Source: Emiliania huxleyi CCMP1516
Taxonomy: Eukaryota
Reading direction: 5' to 3'
DNA length: 64,000 nt
Assembly (NCBI RefSeq): GCF_000372725.1
Contig: NW_005201298.1
Span: 125,393-189,392 of the forward strand
The notes beneath the pieces are model-generated. The model was not told where the DNA came from, did not search any database, and saw only the letters and a list, made by a program, of their open reading frames with translations. Position numbers and translations under genes: made by a program. Positions 36,501-48,519 of the stretch are shown here, piece after piece (the first letter of the stretch is position 1; each line of letters opens with the position of its first letter).

Positions 36501-36765
36501 CTCCGCGTCGAGGGAGGTGGTGCCAATGTAGTTCCGCCGCTTGAGGTCGAGTCGACCGACCAGCTCCCGCTGCCCAACGCCAACCTTTGGGGGGGGAGGA
36601 CGGGGGGGCGGGGGGCTTGGCATCGGCTCGTCGGCTGCCGCGGCTCACACCCGTCCGGAGCCAGCCCCATCTTCCCAAGTGTGGCTGCCAAGGTAGCAGT
36701 GCGGGGCGTGCGCAAGCCTCGAGCCCAAAGTAGAAGCGGAAGGCAGCCGCGGCGGGCCCGCCGCC

Positions 36766-36796
<31 letters not shown>

Positions 36797-37482
36797 CCAC
36801 CACCACCACCGCCGCCGCCGCCGTCACCGCCGCCCTCACCGCCGCCCTCACCGCCGCGGTCACCGCCGCGGCCACCGCCGCCGCCGCCCGCGCCCGCCGC
36901 CGCGTCGCCGGCAGTCCCACCAGCAGCAGGACCGACAAAGTCCACGAGCAGGACGAGCGTGTAGTCGGGCGACTTGAGCCGCACTTTGCCGCGAGGAGAG
37001 AGCAGCTTGGCGAGGCGCGTGATCAGCTCGAGGCGGTCCGGCTCGCTCGCGCTCCCGCCGTACCCGTCCACCACCACCTTGAAGCTCGACCCCTCGCGCA
37101 GGTACGGCGCGTACACCTCGGCCGGGCACGCGCGGAGCCGCCCCTCCAGCTCGGCAATCGAGGCGCCGCTCGCCCACACCTCGACGAAGCGCTTGACGAG
37201 CACCGCGCGCGCCGCGACTCGCGCTAGGCCGGCGGAGCCGCTGGAGCAGCTCACGGGGAGGTAGACGCCGCCCGCGCCGGCAGAGAGCTCGTCGATGTCG
37301 GCGTCGGTCGCAGAGACGTCAACGCCAACCGCCTCGGCCGCCGCGAGCAGCTCTGGCACGCGAAAGTCGAGCCACTCGTGCACAAAGTGGCAGAGGTGGC
37401 TGACGCTGGATGCCACGGTCGTAGCCACGGTCGTTGCCGACGTGGGCGGCTCCAAGGCCCGAGTGTCTATAGACGGCAGCAT
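33565..37482 (-). CDS. TRM11: tRNA m2G10 methyltransferase Trm11 (multi-exon)
   Basis: DFRVPEL, THUMP-like middle region, LKRRNYIGTTSLDAELSLVMANLA, VFDPFCGTASCL, DAIITDPPYGIRE, LVPGGRLVF; stop at 33565. Confidence 0.92.
35356..36503. repeat. 70-bp tandem array: 17 copies of a 28-nt TRM11 exon segment and 16 AT-rich 42-nt fillers
   Basis: CCAGGTTGGCCATCACGAGCGAGAGCTC starts at 35356 and recurs every 70 bp up to 36476. Confidence 0.97.
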
Positions 37483-38396
37483 GGCAGACTGAGCGATAGC
37501 CCCGCGAGGTACGAGCGGGGCGGTAGCCTTTCTTCACGTAAACGCACAACCCCGGGCCCCGAAATCGCATAGCCTTTCTTCACATACCGAGCTCAACGGT
37601 CACGAGAGAAGAGAGAGAGAGAGAGAGAGAAACACGCGCGCACCGCCGAGCCTGCGGCGGGCGCGCTGCGGCCGCACGTCTACTTCGTCATAGTGCCACG
37701 ACGTGCGGCCTAGATTTAGCACACGCGCCTCTGCTTGCATACACTCATACATTGGATTGTCATCACCTGTGAGTGCGAGACAGGGCTAGCCGTAGGCAGC
37801 TAGCCTCTGAGGAGGGCGTCCATAGACACCTCACTTAGACCCCACACACGGTCTCGTCCGTGCCTCGCCGGCCGGAGAGATTGCTGGAGGTAGAGCAAGC
37901 CTGCTCTAGCCTCGCATATCACTTCCTGTCGTCTGTTGTGTCGTTGTGCCGTTGTTTGTTTCTCTTGGCACCGTGGAGTGCTGGGGGGGGCGACAGGGAG
38001 GATATGGCCTTGAGTTATGTGTACGCCAACTCAGGGTGTGTGGCAGCCCGCTGGCTGTGTGTCTTGTGAGCCTGTTTGTGTCTGTGTGTCGCTCGTGCGT
38101 GCCGTCATCATCTGTCTAGCGTCCACCCATACCGCGTTGGTGTCCAGTCCGAGCCTGGCTGTTCTTCACCTTTCTACCTACCTACCTACCTAGAGAGAGA
38201 GAAGAGGAGGTGCCCAGCACCCCCGCGCATGAACACACATGGCGCCACCGTGAAACGAGGCGGAGGACGCACGTTTCGTAAAGTACGATCCAGACTGGGC
38301 ACGCGCCAGACGAGCCAGCCTAACGCTGGTGGCTCGCGGCGCGCTGGTACCAACAAAAGCGGAAAAGGTCACCCCACGGGAGCCTAAGCGACTCCA

Positions 38397-38790
38397 GAAG
38401 AATTTTACAACAAAACTCCCTCGCACGACACTGGGCACAGGACTGGGCACGGGACTGGCTCGCACTGGCACTAACACAGGTACACCACGGGAGCCGCCTA
38501 AGCGACTCCTGCGAGGGTGGCGAGGCACTTAGCTCCGTGCACCCGCCCACCCCCGCCACAGGCAAGCTCATTCACAATCTGCTCTGCGATTGCCGTGTGA
38601 AGAACGACTGAGATGCGCTGCTTCTGCAGCCCCAGCCAGCTCTTGGTGGTCCAAGTCACCTCATCGAGGTACTGGGCCCGCGTCAGCTTGTTCTGTAGTA
38701 CGTCCGCCGCCTTCCTGAGGATCTCACGGACCCCCTTTCCGAACCCGCCGAACTCCAGAAGAAAATACCTCTTGGGGTCTAGGTCTCGGA
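38397..38790 (-). mobile_element. Non-LTR retrotransposon 3' fragment (CRE-like endonuclease C-terminus and UTR)
   Basis: LLEFGGFGKGVREIL...QKQRISVVLHTAIA; the last ~225 bp match the reverse complement of 47055-47280. Confidence 0.75.
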
Positions 38791-39679
38791 CTACGTGCTT
38801 TCCTCGATCCCCCGCCCTCCCCCGCCATCTCCGCCGCTTTGGCTCTACAGCCTTTACCACCGGGAGGCGGCGAGGCGAAATCAGACTCGGTCGAGAGACC
38901 CCAGATTGGCATCCATGCCTTCTGGACAGGGTGGCCCGCCACAACGACCCCTGGAATTGCGACTCGCCGCTTTCCTCCCGCTGTGATCCTGTGTGAGCTC
39001 TGTGTCTTGTTTGCCAACAACATACCTAAAACCAAAACACAGTCCGACCCTGTCCTTAGCTAGCGTGTGTTTCGTTACCTAAGATCTACGCTGGAAACCA
39101 CACCGTCAAGTGGACCCGTGGGATTCGGTCAGGCTGCGGGAGGCAGGGGCGAGGCCAGGAGGGGCTGCCGGAGTGCACGACCCAGCCTGCGATACATTCC
39201 TCGCACCCACGGCCAGCCGGGAGGGCTGCTCCCCGGGAGTACGCCAGCCCGGGAGGGTCGCAAAGCCGGGAGGGCGCAGGGGCGTCGCCTCGAGCGGCGT
39301 CCAGGCGCCAACTCGGCTGCCCCCGTTAGCTGCCCACGGTAACCCCGACGCTGCCCGTTGCGAGGAGTCAGCTAGTAGCCCGTTCACACCGGCACCGGCA
39401 CCGCAAGGGTCGCTGCCACTGGAGAGGGAGTCTCTCCAGGTATGGTCATAGGGGAACGGGTTGGGCGATACACGCAGCAGAAGGGCCAACCCCGGTCGGG
39501 CCTCTGCCAGGCGGTCAGGGGCGGGAGGGGCAGGCATCAGTGCCTGTCCAACCCAGTCCATGGCAACGCAGGGCAAGCCCCTCCACCTGTGTCGCGCCGT
39601 CACACCGGCGTTGGCAGGCGTGGGGCTCTGGCACAATGTTCATCGGCCGCACGGCAGCGGGTCCCTAGTGTGCAAACTC

Positions 39680-39963
39680 CAGTCTACAAGGCCAACGTCC
39701 TCGTCGCCAACAATGCCATGTCCGCGTCGCGCTCGCGCCACTTCCTCCGCCGGTACCACACGCTCCAGCGCCGCATGGCCGAGGGCGAGTGCCGCGTCGT
39801 CAAGATCGCAGACGACCTCATGCCCGCCGACTTCCTCACCAAGTGGGTCGCGCGCGATAAGCTGAAGCGCAGCGTCGACTTCGCCACCAATGCGCGCGCG
39901 CGCAATGGGGGGGATTGACTCTCACAATGCCGGCTCTGCGGCGCCCGCCGCCATTGGGGGGGA
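39680..39963 (+). mobile_element. Ty1/copia RNase H C-terminus and polypurine tract; LTR may begin at TG 39964
   Basis: ANVLVANNAMSASRSRHFLRRY...VVKIADDLMPADFLTK, followed by GGGGGGGA-TG. Confidence 0.8.
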
Positions 39964-40454
39964 TGCGATCACCCCCCATGGGTGCCCTCTTTCTAGTCAT
40001 TCTAGTGAATGAATTGACTCGTCCCAGTGGATGTGTCCGATTTCCGACGTCCCTGTCAAAATGTGCGTGACGTCCGATCCTTTGTAATCGTCTAGAGACG
40101 CTGGATACATGAGCACGGAGCCGGCCGCTCCCGGCCCCACGCTGCGCCCACGGCCCGCGCGGCCGGCGCAGCCGCCCGGGGGCTCAGGCGCTACCGCTCC
40201 GCTTGCGCACTTCCACATGGTCCCTCGCGGGTCCCTGCTGCTCCTAATCTCTTCGAGACTTCGTACCCCATCCTCCTGCTGATCTAAAGTGCTCCAAGTT
40301 AAGTTTATCATAATACATAACATCCACCTCAAAAAACAAGAGAGAAACGACAGACGTGCGTGAGAGGAGATCGCCCGACGGCTCGCCGAGATGGGCCATA
40401 CACGCATACCGAGGCAAGCCAGCACACACGGCTAAAGAAATCATGGCGGGCCGC

Positions 40455-41966
40455 CTAGGCCCTTGGATCGGAGGTAGAGTCGGTGGAGCCTTGCTTCTCC
40501 GCCGCCCCTTCTCTCGCCGCCCCAGCCTCCGCCCCAGCTGGTCCCGTTGCCGCCGCCGGCTCCGCCGCCACTGCCTCAGCCGCCGCCGCCGGCTCCGCCG
40601 CCGCCAACTCTGGCGCCTCAGATCCGCTGGCGAACCGCAGCGGCGCTCCCTCTGCGCCGCCCGCCGCGGCGACGAAGCCGCACCTGTGAGCAGAGGGGGA
40701 GAAGAAGAAAAATCAGCGCGGCTGTGAGCAGAGAGGGGCTGACGCGGTGAGGCGTGGAACGGGGGGGGGGGGGGGGGAAGAAGATATCGGCTGCATCTCG
40801 GCGGCGTCTCGCAAGTTTCTCGGAGGGAGCTCGGCACCCCTCGTAAAAAGCAGCTCCCTCCGCCTGGTAGGCGGGGTGCAACCTCCCGTCGGCCACGCCC
40901 GCGGCACGCGCGCGCTGCGCAATGTCAGCGAGCAACACTGCCTCCCCCGCCTCTCCAAACTCGAGGTACTGCGGGTTGACAACAACCTAATTTGGGGTAA
41001 TCTCGGGTAATCTCGGGTAAGCTGGAGGTATTGCAAGAGACGCCGTGACCCGTGAGCTGCGGGAAGCTCGTTCCTCTTTGGGCGCCCTCCTCCTCTCCTT
41101 TTTTCTCCCTTTTTCTCCCCTTTTTTCCTTTTTTTTCCCCCCCCTTTTCCCCGGCCCCCCTTCCCTTTTCCCCCCCCCCCCCCGCCCCTCTCCCCCCCTC
41201 TCCCTCTTCACAGCGGCGCGCTGTGACCAGGCGCACTCCGACTTTGCGGCGCACGTGGGCAGCGTCCACTGCAGTGCCTCTCGGAGCCGGAGGACGGACG
41301 AGGGCGAACGAGGGCGAGGAGGTGGAGGCGGCGAGAGAGCCGAGATGGAGCCGAGGGATAGCCGAGATTCGTCCGAGCTGCAGCCGAGCTGTCGCCGGCA
41401 CCGCGTCGATCGAGACGTGGTCCTCCCACTGCGAGACGAAGGCGATTGCGGAGCCGCGGCCGGCGGAGATTGCGGCTGCGCGGGCGGAGAGGGAGGGAGG
41501 GTGCGTGCGCACAGCCCCCAGCACGGTGCGCAATGCCGAAGGCCAGGTGAGGGTGTCCGCGAGGGGAGCCCCACGGCGGCTCGCCTCGGAGGGATGTGCG
41601 CGAGAGCGTCTCAGCCTGCGACTTGTGCGGCTCCTCCAGCGTCTCAAACGAAAGCGAGCCCTTCTCACACAGCCCGAGGATCATCGCCGTCGACTTGACG
41701 CGCGGTAGCGTCTCGGCCAGCTGCTTCAGCTTGAGCGCTCGCTCGCCGATCGCCTCGTCCTGCGGCCCGCGAAAGCCAGCAGCGCGCAGGTCGCGGGACG
41801 CCTTCTCCCAGGCCGCCAGCAGACCGATGGACTGCGCTGGCTGCAGCTGCCGGAGCATGTATTCGGTTGCCGGGAGCACGGCGGCGGCGGGGGGGCAGCA
41901 GCGAGCGACCCGCGCCGTCCCGCTGGTGTGCAGCAGCGCCGCGGCGAAGGTGAAGGCAGCGAGCAT
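40455..41966 (-). CDS. GNAT-like acetyltransferase-fold protein with N-terminal targeting peptide (multi-exon)
   Basis: MLAAFTFAAALL leader; spliced HVSIDA/VVVNPQY...LLADIAQRARAAG...AFYEG/CGF; in-frame stop at 40455-40457. Confidence 0.6.
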
Positions 41967-44900
41967 TAACCCTGGATCGGTTGGTGTGGACCAGTGTGGA
42001 CAGCTTCACAGCTCCACTTCCTGCAGAAACAAACCTGTACAACTTGCATGCCTGGGACAGATGGGTGCCCTGAGCACCTGAGCGGAGTATCAGACCAGTG
42101 TTATAAGGTATTCGTGGAGCTGTTCACACTTGTTCGCGCTGTGAAAAGAGCTTGTCGCGGCGCCGTGTGTTGCTGCTGGCGGGCCCGCTCGCTACGAGCC
42201 CTCCTCGGCGCTGCTGGCAAGCGTTGAGCTGTCACGATCGATACCTCTGCGCCTCCTCTGTAGCCCGCGCCTCGCTGGACACGCGTAGGGCGGCAGCGGG
42301 CGATCCGCTCGCATCGCAGGTGCGTGCCGCCTGCCTCACATCACTCACCCGCTCGCCCGCCTCAACAGCAGTCCTCCCCTCCATTCTAATACGGGCAGCG
42401 CCGACCCGTTTGCTCCATTGGTCTTGCAGGAGGGTCGGCACCGGGTCTGGGCTGAGTCGGCGGGCCAGCTCTCCTCGCCAAAGTGTCGCTCGACTGCTGG
42501 TGAGCGGTAGTGCAAGAGGAGACTCCGTCTACAGACAATCATACCATCTGTACCTGTGCAAGTGATTTTAGCTTAGCTCTCTTGTTTCGCTACAATTGTT
42601 TAGCTCCTCCTCTTTAACCTAGTGCTCCCTCCTCCCCCCACTGCGCCGCTTCCGCGGCTCACCCGCAGGTGTGCCAGGCCCTCCATCACCCTTGCCGCCG
42701 CGCCGCTTCTTCCCGCCACGCGTTCCCCGGCGCCGATGCGGCGAAGCCGCGCCTGTCGGCTCGTCTGGTGCGCCCTCCCCCGCTCCCCCATCCCTCAAGC
42801 CCCGACCCCGGCGGCGCTTCTGCGGCCCGTGGGCACCCGCGGGTGTGCCCGGCCCGCCCTCTCCCTTCCCCCCACGACGCTTCGCTCCCCGCGCCCGGCG
42901 GCGCTTCCCGGGTGTGCCAGGCCCACCCTCCCCCTCGTGCTCGATCCTCTTCCGCCCTTTGTAGTGCCGACACATTGCGAGGGGGTGGTCGCCGCCGCAG
43001 CCGCTGCACTTGAGTGCGGTTCCCGCCCGCGTGGAGGGCCGCCGTTGCTCCGCGGGCGGTGCAACCTCGCACCCCGCATTGTCGAACAGCACTCGTTGTG
43101 GAGACGGACGAGGTGGAGAGTCAGCCTCTTCCTCTCCGGAGCCGCGGAAGGCCGGCAACGAGGCGGCGTTCCTCTCGGCCCAGCCGAACTGTTGTCGCCG
43201 CTCGTCGCCATCGGGGGGCGGAGGTGCGGCCTCGGCGGCGTCCTCACACGCGCTTGCTGGTTGCGACCGCAGAGCACGCATGACCGTCGAGAGTGGATCT
43301 CCTCGCGCGAACTTTCTGAGCTCGCGAAGACGGAAGTTGCCTTGTGATCTCCCCCAAAAAAAGTATTCGGCGCGTTACTTGGGCTTACTACACCCTACCT
43401 TCCGACACAGCGCCGTGCACGCAACCGACAGCACACGTCACTCTGCTGCTGGATGGCAACCACCAACACCACACCACACCTCTGCCCGTGTGCCCGTTCT
43501 GCCATGGCACCGGCGGGATCATGTGCTGAGCGGTGGCGGGGATCCACGTGCGATACACGTGCTGGGCGGTGGCGGGGGCGGCTGTGGTGAGGGTGGTGGT
43601 GGCGATGGCGGGGGCGGGCTCGGTGGCGGTGGGCTGCGAGGCGGCGGCGCGACGGCGGGGGCGGGCGGGTGGCGGAGGCAAGGGAGAGGGTGGGCGGTGG
43701 CCGTGAGGGCGGAGGCGACGCGGGCGGCGGTGGGGACGGACGCACGGGAGACGGCGGCGACGGCGGCGACGACGGAAGCGTGGGGACGGGCAGGCCCGAT
43801 GGCGGGGGCGTGCCCCGATGGCGGGGGCGTGCCTGATGGGAGGGCGGCCGGCCGACTGACAAGCGCTGCGCTGGGAGGCGGTGGTGAGCCGCTAGACTGC
43901 GTCCCCCCCCCCGCACGCCGCTGTGCGAGCACAGGTGTGCAGGACGCGACGGCGGCGCGCACTGCTCCTCGCCGTTTTCCCGCTCACTCGCCGCGACCAG
44001 GAGGGAGGAACTTGGTTATACCTATAGCATATAGTCGGATGCGGTGCTCGTCAAAGGCGCAAGGCAGAAGCCATGCGGGCGCGCAAGCCGTGGAGGGAGC
44101 TCGCAGTGCTCGGGCTGGCGCGCCCACGCGTTGTGCTCGGGCGCAGCTGACCCGACCGCAATCGGCGGGTCGCGACAATGCGCGGGGCAGCCTGCGCGTC
44201 CCGACAGCGCCGACAAGCGAGGCGCAGGCTGCGGAGGGCAACCTGAGGAACGCGCGACGAGCGAGTCGCGCGCGCGGCGAGCCGGCGAGGTAGCCGCACA
44301 GCCTTCGAGACGACGCGGATGAGCCAGCCCGTCTCGGAGGAAGAGTGCCGCCGACCCAAGTGGGCGCCCGCTGGACCTGCGACACAAGGCCGCGGCGACA
44401 GCCGCGCCGGAGGCGCAGTGCGACAGGATCGGTCCAGCGCCTCGCCGGGGAGCCGCAGGCACCCTCTCTCCACGGACGGGGCCACGGAAGCCGCTCAATC
44501 GGGCGCAGGACGCCTCGGTGTGGGCGGCACGGGCGGGACGCCGCGTCAATCGTTTCGAGGTTAAAGGGGCCCAAACCCGGAAAGTGGGTCAAAAATGGGG
44601 AGGGTACCCATTCGGTGTTGGTAGCGAACCGACGCTGCTTGACCTGCCAGCGTCGGTTCGCTCTCGTCACGGTCGGGCGTGCGAGGCTCCTGTGCCTCCG
44701 GTGAAGCCGATGCTCAGCCCTCTCCCACCGTCGCGGTTCGCCCGTCACCTCGCCTCTCCGCAGGGTTCATCTCTCGCGCCGGCTGCATCTCTCCGCCGGT
44801 CGCCAGCACCCGCGCCACCGACTAGCTGCACCGCCACTCGCGACGCGCCACCCTCGCTCACAGCCTGCATACGCTACTCCCGCCGTGCCTTTGCTACCAC

Positions 44901-47054
44901 ATGGATCGCATGTCACTGCAAACGCGCCCGCAGCCGCGCCGTAAAGGTCTGCCGTGCTGGCTGACGATCTCACTCTCCCGCTCCTATTGCATCTGCCTCC
45001 CGCCTCCCAGCTCACATTTCACACCGCAGTAGGTCGCGACGGGGTGGATCTGGTGCCTCTCGTATCACTGGTGGGCTCGGTGTGCAGCAGCCGCGCTCAA
45101 AAAGAGGAAAAAAACAGGCCCGCCTTTTTGTTTCATAACATCGAAGGCTAAGCTCAAAAAAACTAAAAAAAATGACTGTCTACTTTCTCGACACACCGTT
45201 CTCGCCCTCGCTGAAAAGCTGGCTGGTGGTCGCGCGCAGCGCGTCGGCGCCACTCCGACTGGTCGGGCACCTCGGCCGGGTCCATCAGCACGAGGCCCGC
45301 CCCGTCGGGGAGCCCCGCGAGCGCATGGGCGGCCGGCCGCGAGCGGAGATCGGCGGGCTGAGATCCGCAGCTCCTGGCACGAAAAGACGAGGCGACCAGC
45401 AGGGGGGAGTCAAGTATGGTACCCTAGATCGGCGGCGATGGCAGGACCGGCATCGAGTACTTTGACCTTTTCGAGCCGGACCCCACCCCCATGGAGGATC
45501 TCTGAGGTCCTCCCCAGTCTCACCCCACCTTACCTCTGCCCCCCCCTCTCCCCCCATCCCTCTGCCTCCGATAGGGCAGGATAGCACTAGCATATGCGCC
45601 TAGTGCGCGCACTGGGCCCACATAGGTGTGACCCGCCCACTGCACTCGAGTGCGGCGCCCGGATGCTAGTGCTTGAGAAGACACCACAAACGCGGCACGG
45701 CCCGTTTTGGATGTCTGCGGAGATTCTGTCTTAGCACACACAGTGAGTCATTCGGAGTCATTCGATGGCCAGAGTGCGATTGTGTGTGTGCGGGAGTTGG
45801 TTTGTCGGGAGGGAGGGGCAGGCTGCTCACCCACGTGCACCGGGCCAGTGCTTGCACTTTTATATATGAATGCCGTGGGGCTCCTGCCCGTGTCCGGGTG
45901 TGGAGATGCGAGGGGGTCGCCCCCCCCCTTGCCCCACCACTTTGTGTGTGTGGAGAAATTTACCTTACCTTACCTTACCTGTGAGGCCCCAGCGGCAGCG
46001 CCCCCACACGCGCAGGGACGCGCGGCGACACGCCAGCCCGCTACCTCTATACCTGCGCACCCGGCCCTCCGGGCCACAGAGTAGTGACTTGTACTCGTCG
46101 AAAAGTAAACAAATCGCGCGTTTCGGGTTTCGCCACACTCTACACGGCGAAAGTAGCTCGACGTTGCGCGGCTAGATTGCCCGGGTATCTCCGCGCATAA
46201 GTTCCGCATACGAGAGGCTGCAATCGCCACAACCAGTGTTCGCGCGCAATGGTTGTGGCGAGATCGCGAGGAACGAGCCAGTGGCGTGCATGGCAAGCCA
46301 TGCAAAGGGTACCAGATCCCCGGGCCCGAAGTAAAGTTGGTGTACACGGCGCTCGAGCGACGGCGGAGCGCAGCCACGCGACTCAACCAGCGTCAGCCTC
46401 TCGGCGACAATATCCCGCTCTTCCGCCGGACCAGCAATCGCGATAGGCGACTTCGACGCGACCCGAGCGAGCGGCCGGGCCCAAAGTTCAGCGAGGGTGG
46501 TCCTGGCGGTCCGTCTCTCTCGGTGAAGCCCTCGATGTCGCAGTCAGCATTCTGGTTACACCTCGGGGTGGGCACGCGGGCGATCGCAAAGTGGCGGCCG
46601 CTCCTCGGAGAGCTCTCAGGCCCGTCGAGCGACGAGGATGCCGCCGGCGAAAGCTCCAACCCCGTTGTGGTTTCGTCTGCAGGATTGCTCGGAGAGGCGA
46701 TGCTTCGCGCCTCGGCAGCATAGGCAGCAACCGCGCTGTACGCATCTCCCTCCGGCTTTGGCACCAATGCCAGCGGCAGCGGAGTCGGCGTCGCCGGGGC
46801 TGCGGCGCTCAGACCGATGGCTGCCGGCGGCGACTCAGGCGGCAGCGGCTCAGGTGGCACCTCGGGCGCCTCTGACGCGTCTGACGCGTCCGCCGCATCC
46901 GCCGCATCAGCTGTAGGCGCGGCATATGCGTCTGCTGCGTCCGCTGCAGGACTTCGCTCGGCTGGCCGGGGCACCGGCCCGACGGAGGCGCCGCTCTTGA
47001 GCTGGCGCTCCGCGGACTTTAGCTGCATGCGTAGCGACGCGTTGACCTTCATCA

Positions 47055-47296
47055 TGCAGAAGCAGCGCATCTCAGTCGTTCTTCACACGGCAATCGCAGA
47101 GCAGATTGTGAATGAGCTTGCCTGTGGCGGGGGTGGGCGGGTGCACGGAGCTAAGTGCCTCGCCACCCTCGCAGGAGTCGCTTAGGCGGCTCCCGTGGTG
47201 TACCTGTGTTAGTGCCAGTGCGAGCCAGTCCCGTGCCCAGTCCTGTGCCCAGTGTCGTGCGAGGGAGTTTTGTTGTAAAACCCTAACTAACTAACC
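47055..47296 (+). mobile_element. 5'-truncated copy of the same non-LTR element, with (CTAA)n tail
   Basis: QKQRISVVLHTAIAEQIVNELAC...GVA-stop, UTR, then CCCTAACTAACTAACC. Confidence 0.75.
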
Positions 47297-48519
47297 AAAA
47301 AAGCACGGTAGCTCTTTGTGTTGCGATGCTTCCTGGCGAGAGAGTGCTGGGCTTTCCGGCCCACACTCGGCTCTTGAGGCATTTATCGGCATTAATATGC
47401 CGTAGGGACACACAGCAAGGAGAGTAGTGTCTACGCGCGCACACGCCCGAGTGCCAATTTGGCTACGGGTTAGGGTTGCGTTGTCCTAACGCCTCCGTCC
47501 GTCCTGGACGGGCGTTGGCGCGTGCATATCCCACCGCTAAGCTAGCGACACTACTGCTAATGCTGGCCTCGTCCCCTCAAGTTGAGCAGCTTGGCCTTGC
47601 CATACGGTTCGACTGCTCAGACACTGGAGGAGATAAGGGGATGGTGGTGGGTAGAAGAATGCGGAACGAGCAGCCAGAAGCAGTCGCGCGAGTCAGAGTC
47701 GGGCACGAGACGTCGAGCATCGAAACCGTCCGTTTCGTGCGCCCGTCCCCAATACAGGATTCCCCTGTCAGGGTGTGAACATCGTGCACTCGATGGTTTT
47801 CCCCGGCCCATGCCGGGTACTCTCCAGTCGAATCTGACGTTTGGCTACACTAGTAGAGCCGTGGGCTCATTTCACGTAGCTCTTTGTGTTGCGATGCTTC
47901 CTGGCGAGAGAGTGCTGGGCTTTCCGGCCCACACTCGGCTCTTGAGGCATTTATCGGCATTAATATGCCGTAGGGACACACAGCAAGGAGAGTAGTGTCT
48001 ACGCGCGCACACGCCCGAGTGCCAATTTGGCTACGGGTTAGGGTTGCGTTGTCCTAACGCCTCCGTCCGTCCTGGACGGGCGTTGGCGCGTGCATATCCC
48101 TTCCGGTGCTTGCGTGACGCCCAGCGACTACCGCGCTCCGGCATCCTTGCGTGTCCCTACTGGGTGGGTGGGTCGTGGCCCGCGCGCCATCGCGCGGGAT
48201 TATTGCGCCCCTCGCTCCCTCGAGCGGGCGCCCCCCCTTTTCCCATTACGGGCCCGTCGCGCTCCGCGCACCAGGACAGGCCCATATTCCACGCCCCTCG
48301 GCGTTACGCCATCTCATGGCCTTACTGGTAGTACGTAGCTCTCCCTCGAGCTACACTACCTCGTGCTCCGCACGACCTCGCGCTCCGCACGAGTCACCAC
48401 ACCACGCCCGCCTCTCCGGACGGCACATGCCCTTGCGGGTGTGGAGTGCATACCCCGTGCACTGTCCGCCCTTCCGCGTCGTGCCGCCAGTGGCCCGTGT
48501 CGCGGAATGAAGGAGATGG

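Noticed and set aside
35356..36503. CRISPR array
   Set aside because: Spacers are near-identical, the repeat is TRM11 coding sequence, there are no cas genes and the context is eukaryotic.
46393..47070. 225-aa minus-strand ORF
   Set aside because: Low complexity with no recognisable domain, and its start lies at the retroelement junction; not supportable as a gene.
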